A stretch of 64,000 bases of DNA from contig NIVC01001456.1 in assembly GCA_002269645.1 (NCBI GenBank), positions 186,001-250,000 of the forward strand. Reading direction: 5' to 3'. Position 1 is the first letter of the stretch. Each line of letters starts with the position of its first letter. Shown here piece by piece: positions 42,701 through 53,739 of this stretch. A model generated the notes under the pieces. The model worked only from the letters and a program-made list of their open reading frames with translations. It did not search any database and was not told where the DNA came from. Made by a program: the position numbers and the translations under genes. Source of the stretch: Macrostomum lignano. Lineage: Eukaryota.

Positions 42701-44323
42701 TGAAGGGGTAGCTGAGTGTCTATAGATGTAGCTGAAGGGGTAGCTGAGTGTCTATAGATGTAGTTGAAGGGGTAGCTGAGTGTATAAATGGTTGCTGAGT
42801 GTTGATTAAGGGTAGCTGAAGGGTTAGCTGACTGTACGAGTATAAATGGTTGCTGAGTGTCTTTAGATGTAGCTAAGTAGGATGTGGGAGGCTGAGTGTA
42901 TAAATGATTGCTGAGTGTTGATAAAGGGTAGCTGCAGGGGTAGCCGAGTGTCTATAGATGTAGCTGAAGGGGTAGCTGAGTGTCTATAGATGTAGCTGCA
43001 GGGGTAGCTGAGTGTCTATAGATGTAGCTGAAGGGGTAGCTGAGTGTCTATAGCTGAGTGTTGGTAGCTGAGTGTCTATAGATGTAGCTGAAGGGGTAGT
43101 TGAGTGTCTATAGATGTAGCTTAAGGGATAGTGAGTGTCTATAGATGTAGCTTAAGGGATAGCTGAGTGTCTATAGATGTAGCTTAAGGGGTAGCTGAGT
43201 GTCTATAGATGTAGCTGAAGGGGTAGCTGAGTGTCTATAGATGTAGCTGAAGGGGTAGCTGAGTGTCTATAGATGTAGCTGAAGGGGTAGTTGAGTGTCT
43301 ATAGATGTAGTTGAAGGGGTAGCTGAGTGTATAAATGGTTGCTGAGTGTTGATTAAGGGTAGCTGAAGGGTTAGCTGACTGTACGAGTATAAATGGTTGC
43401 TGAGTGTCTTTAGATGTAGCTAAGTAGGATGTGGGAGGCTGAGTGTATAAATGATTGCTGAGTGTTGAGAAATGGTAGCTGCAGGGGTAGCTGAGTGTCT
43501 ATAGATGTAGCTGAAGGGGTAGCTGAGTGTCTATAGATGTAGCTGAAGGGGTAGCTGAGTGTCTATAGATGTAGCTGAATGGGTAGCTGAGTGTCTATAG
43601 ATGTAGCTGAAGGGGTAGCTGAGTGTCTATAGATGTAGCTGAAGAGGTAGCTGAGTGTCTATAGATGTAGCTGAAGGGGTAGCTGAGTGTCTATAGATGT
43701 AGCTGAAGAGGTAGCTGTGTCTATAGATGTAGCTTAAGGGGTAGCTGAGTGTCTATAGATGTAGCTGAAGAGGTAGCTGAGTGTCTATAGATGTAGCTGA
43801 AGGGGTAGCTGAGTGTCTATAGATGTAGCTGAAGGGGTTGCTGAGTGTCTATAGATGTAGCTGAAGGGGTTGCTGAGTGTCTATAGATGTAGCTGAAGGG
43901 GTAGCTGAGTGTCTATAGATGTAGCTGAAGGGGTTGCTGAGTGTCTATAGATGTAGCTGAAGGGGTTGCTGAGTGTCTATAGATGTAGCTGAAGGGGTAG
44001 CTGAGTCGGACTGTCTACCTCCGACTCAAGGGGTAGCTGAGGTGCGCGCCTGTACACCGGACTGAAACTGGGCCAGTTACTAACTAAGCTAAGCCTCCCA
44101 AACCCTCAGAACTGCCAAGTGTACCCCAACAATGGCCAGGCTTACATCACATTCTGCTATCCTGAGCATGCGCAAGAGTTTCTTCAGAGATTCAATCGGT
44201 AATTGATGAGAATATTTATATTTGTTCTCTCAAAGATTCCATTGTACTTACAAATTTCATTACTCCTTTGTTTCTTTCAGAGCGCATCTGAAAGGCTACC
44301 AACTGCAGCTGACCCTATGCTAA
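39751..44323 (+). CDS. RBM33: RBM33-like RNA-binding protein (acidic/Asn-rich N-terminus, coiled coil, Pro/Gln-rich region, C-terminal RRM), about 506 aa
   Basis: Exons 39751-41136, 44110-44198, 44281-44323 (TAA), phase-consistent. Spliced RRM VRIANCPPGTGPNDLKVYTELVGPVQ|NCQVYPNNGQAYITFCYPEHAQEFLQRFNR|AHLKGYQLQLTLC parallels the RBM33 terminal RRM as I recall it (VGPIQ...P.HA..F..KF.R); the domain order also matches. Orthology was not tested. Confidence 0.72.
41220..44040. repeat. 32-bp satellite (gctgagtgtctatagatgtagctgaaggggta) with a 743-bp higher-order period, filling intron 1 of the RBM33-like gene
   Basis: Monomer read directly; the diagnostic variant actgtacgagtataaat recurs at 41345, 42088, 42831 and 43378. 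Confidence 0.95.
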
Positions 44324-44904
44324 ATAATTAACTTATTTCATCTGAACCATTTGCTTACTGTCCTGATTTGTTTTAATCGACTCTTTATCCTGTTTTGCTA
44401 TAAATAACGTTTTGTTAATTTCTTTTCAAACACAATCTTCCCTAGTCTTGGTGTTCAGTGACTGAGCCGCGATTAATATATAATATTATATATGTTACAT
44501 GTAAAATACTCATTTTCTTTCCAGGAAATTAAGAGAACAAAAAATGCTGGAAAAAATAAATAGAAAACAAATCAACTTTAACAGAAGTACATCGCATAAA
44601 AGTACTTTCTTTTGCTGTTGTATCGCGTGTCGCTCTGTCTAAATATTTGTCCGTTTTCGCTGAAGTTCCAAAATTTCTTATGTGCCGCTTTCAGTAGCTT
44701 GTGTGCGAATAAAGGCGTTTTTGCTTGCTGTTATCCGTTTGAAGCCATCATCTGCTTTGCACATAGCTGGTCTCAATAATAATTTAAACTACTGGTAAAT
44801 GTTATTTGTTTTAATGATACTTTTAAACGTAGGTTTTTATAGGGGGTTTGTAGGTTTCTATAGGACTGTAATTTGGCGTTTGGCTGTCTTGTTAGTAATT
44901 TCTT

Positions 44905-45245
44905 GGGGTATTGTCTGGTTGTAAAGTAGGGAATTATCTGGTTGTAAACTGGGGAATTATCAGGTTGTAAACCGGGTAATTATTTGGTTGTAAACAGGGG
45001 AATTATCTGGTTGTAAAGTGGGTAATTGTCGGGTTGTAAACAGGGTAATTGTCTGATTGTAAACTGGGTAATTGTCTGATTGTAAACTGGGTAATTGTCT
45101 GATTGTAAACTGGGTAATTGTCTGATTGTAAACTGGGTAATTGTCTGATTGTAAACTGGGTAATTGTCTGATTGTAAACTGGGTAATTGTCTGATTGTAA
45201 ACTGGGTAATTGTCTGATTGTAAACTGGGTAATTTTCTGGTTGTA
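44905..45245. repeat. 23-bp minisatellite (tgtaaactgggtaattgtctgat), array 1
   Basis: Direct reading. Confidence 0.92.
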
Positions 45246-45574
45246 AGCAATTTTCCTGTTAACCTGTTTTAAAAGTTTGCTCAGATGGTTAATCATATTC
45301 CTACCCAACTTTTTATTGGCATTATTTAGGTTCAACTTTTTTTAAATCATCGCTCACTATTAGCTGCTTTTAGTAGTATGAAAAACTGTCTTTAACTTGT
45401 TTAATCAGCAATATTTTCCTGTATTTCTATTTAGTATGTATTTTTCATTCAATACTGTGCATTTTAACAAGCAGTTTTTATAGGCTTTTGTAGGCTTCTA
45501 TAGGACTGAAATTTGTCTCTTGGTTTTGAGAGTGGCGTTTGGCTGTCTTGTTAGTAATTTCCTGTGGAATTGTC

Positions 45575-46405
45575 TGGCTGTAAACTGGAATCATCTAATT
45601 GTAGACTGGGGAATTGTCTGTTTTAAACGGAGATATTGTCTGGCTGTAAACTGGAATCATCTAATTGTAAACTGGGAATTGTCTGTTTTAAACGGAGATA
45701 TTGTCTGGTTGTAGACTGGGGAATTGTCTGTTTTAAAACTGGGGAATTATCAAGCTGTAGACTGGGCAATTATCGGGTTGTAAACCGGGGAATTATCGGG
45801 CTGTAAACCGGGGAATTATCGGGTTGTAAACCGGGGAATTATCGGGTTGTAAACCGGGGAATTATCGGGTTGTAAACCGGGGAATTATCGGGTTGTAAAA
45901 CGGGGAATTATCGGGTTGTAAACCGGGGAATTATCGGGCTGTAAACCGGCGGGGAATTATCGGGTTGTAAACCAGGGAATTATCGGGTTGTAAACCGGCG
46001 GGGAAGGATCGGGTTGTAAACCGGAGAATTATCGGGCTGTAAACCGGCAGGGAATTATCGGATTGTAAACCGGCGGGGAAGGATCGGGTTGTAAACCGGG
46101 GAATTATCGGGTTGTTAACCGGAGAATCGTCTGGCTGTAAGCTGGGGAATTATCTGGTTATAAACCGGGAAACTATCGGGTTGTAAACCGGGGAATTATC
46201 GGGTTGTAAACCGGGGAATTATCGGGTTGTAAACCGGGGAATTATCGGGTTGTAAACCGGGGAATTATTGGGTTGTAAACCGGGGAATTATCGGGTTGTA
46301 AACCGGGGAATTATCGGGTTGTAAACCGGGGAATTATCGGGTTGTAAACCGGCGGGGAATTATCGGGTTGTAAACCGGGGAATTATCGGGTTGTAAACCG
46401 GGGGA
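45575..46405. repeat. 23-bp minisatellite (tgtaaaccggggaattatcgggt), array 2, same family as array 1
   Basis: Direct reading; its flanks are homologous to those of array 1. Confidence 0.92.
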
Positions 46406-46949
46406 TGTTAAGCTGTTCAGAAGTTTACACAAATGCTTCTACCCTTGAATTTTATTGATATTACTTTTTTCTACTGTAAGATTTTTAATTATGCTGCAAA
46501 TTATCGTCACTCACTACCAGCTGTTTTCAGTAGTATGAAAACCTGTCTTTAACATGTCAAATCAGCAATATTTTCCTGTACTCACGAGCTTATAATCTGG
46601 CATGCATTTTTCATTTAATCCTCCTGTGCATTTTGAACAGCAATTTTTTTCAAGTTCGCTGCATTTCTCTTATTTTTTCTTAAGTTTCCCGTTTTCAGGT
46701 TCTCTTTTAGGTCCGGCCGAGCTGTACTGATCCTGACCCAACGGCCCACTGACAGGCTGAAGGTAGGTCATTCTTTATTTATTCATTTTTTTACTAGTAA
46801 ATGTATTAATAAATAATAGCTAATATTATTTTTTTAGGCTCTTATGTGCGAATCGGAAATTATTATAGGACATTCTATCCTGTTCTGCAATGCGAGCGCG
46901 CCTCTGTGTGCTTTGTAAGTAACCGATTTTTATTTCAATTGGGCTCACA

Positions 46950-47625
46950 CTTCTCTACCTGACCCTGAGAATCTCACTTTTCTCTTCTACCTGATCCTGA
47001 GAATCTCACTCCTCTCACTTCTACCTGACCCTGAGAATCTCACTTTTCTCTTCTACCTGATCCTGAGAATCTCACCTCTCACTTCTACCCGACCCTGAGA
47101 ATCTCACTTTTCTCTTCTACCTGATCCTGAGAATCTCACTCCTCTCACTTCTACCTGACCCTGAGAATCTCACTCCTCTCACTTCTACCTGACCCTGAGA
47201 ATCTCACTTTTCTCTTCTACCTGATCCTGAGAATCTCACTCCTCTCACTTCTACCTGACCCTGAGAATCTCACTTTTCTCTTCTACCTGATCCTGAGAAT
47301 CTCACCTCTCACTTCTACCTGACCCTGAGAATCTCACTTTTCTCTTCTACCTGATCCTGAGAATCTCACCTCTCACTTCTACCTGACCCTGAGAATCTCA
47401 CTTTTCTCTTCTACCTAACCCTGAGAATCTCACCTCTCACTTCTACCTGACCCTGAGAATCTCACTTTTCTCTTCTACCTAACCCTGAGAATCTCACCTC
47501 TCACTTCTACCTGACCCTGAGAATCTCACTTTTCTCTTCTACCTAACCCTGACAATCTCACTCTGCCCTTCTACCTGACCCTGAGAATCCCACCCCTCTC
47601 TTCTACCTGACCCCGAGAATCTCAC
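46950..47625. repeat. Alternating 32/33-34-bp minisatellite (ctacctgaccctgagaatctcacttttctctt)
   Basis: Direct reading. Confidence 0.93.
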
Positions 47626-47999
47626 CCTTCTTCATCGATCCGCCAGCTATTATCGTCAACAGTTTTATTACTTTCTCATATTTCAGGTGGCCACATCAAA
47701 GTAAAAATATTCGTTCGAATTCGATCGGCAACCGTGGAAGGTTTGCGACACGGCAGCTTAATTAGCAAGTGTTTGTTTACGGCTGAGCTTCATCAGGGAC
47801 ACTTCTAGAATAAGGCTGGGATTAGATACTAGGGACATAGGCTACATTGCTGTTGCGTGCTGCCTTGGCTAGTCAAAGGCTAACATGTAGCAGCATTTTT
47901 TAGTGCTCGTATTACCCGTATTAAAATCTATTTTATATGTGCTTTAAAATTAAAATAGGTGCTTTTCTCACCCTTCATTTATTTTATTACGTCTATCTC

Positions 48000-48520
48000 A
48001 TCCCTCATCTTTTTTACAGTGTCTATCTCATCTCCCATCTATTCTATGGGTGTCAATATCATCTCTTATCTACTCTATGGTGTCTTTATCATCCCTCATC
48101 TACTCTATGGTGTCTTTCTCATCCCTCATCTACTCTATGGTGTCTTTATCATCCCTCATCTACTCTATGGTGTCTTTATCATCCCTCATCTATTCTACGG
48201 TGTCTATCTCATTTCTCATCTATTCTATGGTGTCTATCTCATCTCTCATCTATTCTATGGTGTCAATCTTATTCCTAATCTATTTTATGGTGTCCATATC
48301 AGCTAATCTATTATATGGTGTCTATCTCATCCTTCATCTATTCCATGGTGTCTATCTCAGCTAATCTATTCTATGGTGTCTATCTTAGCTCATCTATTCT
48401 GTGGTGTCTATCTCAGCTCATCTATTCTATGGTGTCTAGCTCGCCTCTCATCTATTCTGTGGTAGCTCGTATCAAGCTATCCCTCATCTATTCTAAGGTG
48501 TTTATCTCACCTCTCACAGC
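48000..48520. repeat. Degenerate 30-bp minisatellite (tactctatggtgtctttatcatccctcatc)
   Basis: Period 30 (48071 to 48101). Confidence 0.88.
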
Positions 48521-49472
48521 TGTTCTGTGCCTATCCGGCCAGTCGTCCATTCTAAGGTTTTATGTTCCTGTTATATGCATTGCTGATACATCATGCCAAG
48601 TTGTTATCTCGCACACGAATTAGCATCATTTTTTGGCCGTTTATTGACGGTGCTTGACATTCTGTCATTCAATGATCTCCGCTGTCTCGGGCATCATTGC
48701 TTTAGTAGCAATAAGCATTTGCTCAGCTGTTACTGTACTATTTTTGTTTAGGCAACAACAGCAAAGAATGCACAATATTCTTTGTAAATATCAGGTACAC
48801 AATCTTAAGCATTTCTAATTTTTGTACTGAAGCAATACATGAAATGCAAATAAATACACAGATACGAAATATTGAGGCTCAAACTTTGTTTTGATAAAAA
48901 TAACTCATATCGATTTTGAAAGCAAAACAAAAATCTTATGGCAGCTTTCTTCGCATTTCTTCCATCCTTTAAATAAGCTTCAACAGTTTGATGCGCTCAA
49001 ACTACTTACATGTACATGCATAAGTAGGCATGCGGAGTATGAGCTTAGTTAAGTAATTTACTATTAAAATCTGAACGATACAAGGAGCTTAAGCAGCCGA
49101 CTCCAGCAATATTGAGTATATTGGCAGCAATAAATTCATCAAAAAAACTTTTCGAATCGCCTGCCGTTATCTGCCTGCTCTCTGGTCACGTTTTCAAAGC
49201 AACAAAAAGCACAGTTGCTGCCCCCGTTAATTAAATCGAACTGTCAGCAGGTAGCACACAGGCCTGCAGAAGTTGGTATCTTTGAAGCCGCTTGCAGCAA
49301 ATATTGGCTCAGACATCTCTCGCATCGGTCCGTGCTCCAGCTGTTTGCGCTGAGACGCGGCTATTTAAGACAGCTCGCCATATTGCAAAGCTGCTCTGCA
49401 CCTGCCTTCAGCGCTTAGCCTTTGTGTCACAGTTGCATCGCTTCCAACCAACAGATTCGCTACAGCGCAGTT

Positions 49473-50648
49473 ATGAACCCGCTGACAATCTTGACCTTGA
49501 CGCTGGTGTCTCTGGGAGCCGCGGTCGTTGCCACTCCGATGCCGCCCGTTCAGTCGTCCATGACTGACGGGGCCAACAAGCTGCAACGGTGATTGACTGA
49601 AATTTTGTTTTCATGGACTACGGGTTATTGCGTTTCTTAGAATTCATTGACTACGGGGCATTGCGTTTCTTAGAATTCATTGACTACGGGGCATTGCGTT
49701 TCTTAGAATTCATTGACAGTGGGGTATTGCTTTTCTTAAAAAAAGAAAAAACTTAACTAATTCGTCTTTTCTAAAAATTGCTGCAAAAGTTACTATTTTA
49801 CGAGCTATTTCAACAAAATCAGTGTAGTATCCTTTGCTACATTAATAACAAAAGCACGTTTATAATAAAATGGCAATATTTAACATCCGCAGCAACAATG
49901 CCGCCTTGTATCGGAATCTTCTGCTGCGAACTCGCGACGCTTTGCACACAATCAACGTGGCCGATAAGTAATTTGCTAGCTTGAAATATCTGAAACATCT
50001 TGCATAAATATACGTAATTTAATGTGTGCCTAACTTAATCTATTGCAGAGATCTGCACAAACTGGCCAACCTACTGGTGCAGGCCCTGTCTCTGAAGCAG
50101 GGCATCAGGCGGCAGGTCACGGCTCTGCGGTAAGCATTTAATAGGCATCTGTGCATCGCTAAGAAGCTGGGTCCGTGTAGCTTGGCGGTCTAGCGGGTCG
50201 CTTGTTTGTTCGAAAGGTTGTGGGTTCGAATCCCATGAATCAAAATAAAAAAAATTCTAAAGATGCTTAATGTATAAACAAGCGGTCTAGCGTGTCTCCC
50301 TTCTATGCCGAAGGTCCTGGGTTCGATTTCAAACTCGCCAAATTTAATAAGAAGCATCATCGAGAAAGCCGCGGGGTTGCTAGCTCTTCTGTGACTAAGG
50401 TCCGGGCTTCGATTTCATTCTTTCAGTTAAACTTAGCGAAAAACTTCATTGGGAAAGTTTGGCTGTTCGGAAGGTCGCGGGTTCGATTTCCATATGGGAA
50501 AAATACAAAGAATCCCCAACCTACGCACGGCAGCAAGCGGGCCTGCGGTGTCCTGGACCTCGGCGGTCATTGCGACGCTGAGTATGGCGCCGAGCTGCTG
50601 GACCAGATCAACCACATGCTGAAGCCCGGCGGCCCGGGACGCCGGTGA
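49473..50648 (+). CDS. Calcitonin/DH31-type neuropeptide precursor (103 aa, 3 coding exons)
   Basis: Exons 49473-49588, 50049-50129, 50534-50648 (TGA), GT-AG, both introns phase 2. Product MNPLTILTLTLVSLGAAVVA-TPMPPVQSSMTDGANKLQRDLHKLANLLVQALSLKQGIRRQVTALRKR-ACGVLDLGGHCDAEYGAELLDQINHMLKPGGP-GRR: signal peptide, basic cleavage site, two Cys, and C-terminal Pro-Gly-Arg-Arg amidation signal. Confidence 0.85.
49615..49735. repeat. 33-bp tandem repeat (cattgactacggggcattgcgtttcttagaatt), 3-4 copies, in neuropeptide intron 1
   Basis: Direct reading. Confidence 0.88.
50171..50495 (+). mobile_element. Four head-to-tail degenerate tRNA-derived (SINE-like) units in neuropeptide intron 2
   Basis: A-box TAGCTTGGCGG (50178); B-box-like GGTTCGAATCC (50223), GGTTCGATTTC (50320), GCTTCGATTTC (~50406) and GGTTCGATTTCC (~50480), each preceded by AAGGT. 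Confidence 0.6.
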
Positions 50649-51305
50649 AGTTAAAGTTGAAGCGATGATGCAAATAAAATCGGTTGCAAAATACTTTGAC
50701 CTTCAAGATCAATGAATCATAGAAGTTTGAGCGAATAAAAATTTTAACTAAATAAGCGAACTTCGTAGCATTGAAGCATATACCGACCGATATATTTTCC
50801 TTTCTTTGCTACAAAACAATAATTTTTCGATATTGCTACTTGGCAGTAAAGAAGTCCGCATATTACGAGCGTATTTTCACAGTTTTCGCCAGAATCCAGA
50901 AGCTGGGATTTCAACAGGCTCAGTCAGACAGCCGCGGCCAAGTGGTTAATTTTCAGATATCGGCCAATCTGACGGCATGAGTGGAGCCATGAATAGTCGA
51001 TGAAGACGCGCTGGCTGGAAGCGAGGCGTTGCACCGCAGCATCAGGCGAATCTCTCCATCACTTGAGAACTCATTTCTCTTATCTGCTGTTTGATGATGG
51101 GCAGAGAAGCTGGGCGGCTGAGAACTTTCATGCAGTCAATTTTGGACGACTAAAACTATCCAGCATTCTGCTCTGCGGATCACCCTGACACCAATAAAAT
51201 GCTGAGATTGGCTCTCCATCGGGAACTGCTGAGCTCGGAGCTCAGATTTGTGCCATGCTGCATCTGCAGCTGATGGAGCTGGGCTGCTGTGGGCTCTGGG
51301 GTTGG

Positions 51306-52380
<1,075 letters not shown>

Positions 52381-52979
52381 TAAAGCACTAATCCAGTAGC
52401 AGCAACAAAGAGTCAAAGCCATCTACAGCACATAACGATCAGGAAGTGATGCAGAGCAAAGCAGGCTCCGATAATGGATGAGCTGACTCGCCAGGTCCCG
52501 ATGAAGGCAGTTTAATAGGCCCTATAAAAATCTCCTCTCGGGCCGCGCAGTCATAAAGACGCAGGAGAACAGAAGGCAAGAGACTCGAGAGTCGAGTCTA
52601 CTGTCTGTCCCGTGCAGCTGTTTATGCCAGCCATGATATTCTCGCACCCGCTGCCGCCAATCGGCCCCGATCATTTGCATAAGACAGGCAGTTGCCCTCC
52701 TCCTTGTCAAGGACCGCCATGCACACAGGGATTTTGATTTGCGTGCAATATTAATATATCTTAGGTATAGAAAGATGATGTACGAGCGGAGGAGCCTGTT
52801 AATGTTTTAATAAGTTGCTTTCTTGTCAAACTTTATCCGAAAACGGTGATAATTTGTGGTTTCTATTCAGGCGGAACTGAATGGACCACTTAGCATTCAG
52901 GACCAGCTAGACTGAATAAATTTCGCGCTAGCACCGCGAACGTTGAGGCTACAGTCAAAATCCAGCAAAATCGACAGTC

Positions 52980-53352
52980 AAAGCTACAATTAAATACAGA
53001 CAGTTGTAGAGCCAAAGCTGCAGCCAAATACAGACAAAGCTACAGCAAAATACAGACAAAGCTACAGCTAAATACAGAAAAAGCAACAGTTAGATACAGA
53101 CAAAGCTACAGCTAAATACAGAAAAAGCTACAGCTAAATACAGACAAGCTACAGCTAAACACAGACAAAGCTACAGCTAAATACAGACAAGCTACAGCTA
53201 AACACAGACAAAGCTACAGCTAAATACAGACAAAGCTACAGCTAAATACAGACAAAGCTACAGCTAAATACAGACAAAGCTACAGCAAAATACAGACAAG
53301 CTACAGCTAAATACAGACAAAGCTACAGCTAAATACAGACAAGCTACAGCAA
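52980..53352. repeat. 21-22-bp minisatellite (aaagctacagctaaatacagac)
   Basis: Direct reading. Confidence 0.92.
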
Positions 53353-53597
53353 TTTTACTGTCAGGGACAGCCAAAGCTACAGTACAGGGGGCTGAGGTCC
53401 TGAGCACACTTATGCACATGCAGATGTTATTCCACTATGACTCATAGACATTTCCAATCGAAGGTGATTTATGGGCCCAAACAATGTGAAACCGATTGGG
53501 TGCAATAAATTTAGTCACTCAGTCACTCACTACACCCTGCAAATCTTTATAAAATACAGAGCCACTGTCAGGCAGAACTGGCCACTTGCTGTCTCTC

Positions 53598-53606
53598 AGC
53601 CAATCA
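53598..53606 (+). promoter_or_regulatory. Candidate CCAAT (NF-Y) box upstream of the protocadherin ATG
   Basis: AGCCAATCA fits the NF-Y consensus about 140 bp upstream of ATG 53740. Sequence match only. Confidence 0.3.
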
Positions 53607-53739
53607 GCTTCGACCTGGTTCCGCCATTGGTCCTCCTTAGCCCAGCAGCAGACTTTTCAACTTAAAAGTGTCGCGCAGAACAGCTGAGTTTACCCAGAGA
53701 ATTGCAGCACTTTAAATTGTTTAGAAGTTAGAATTAAAC

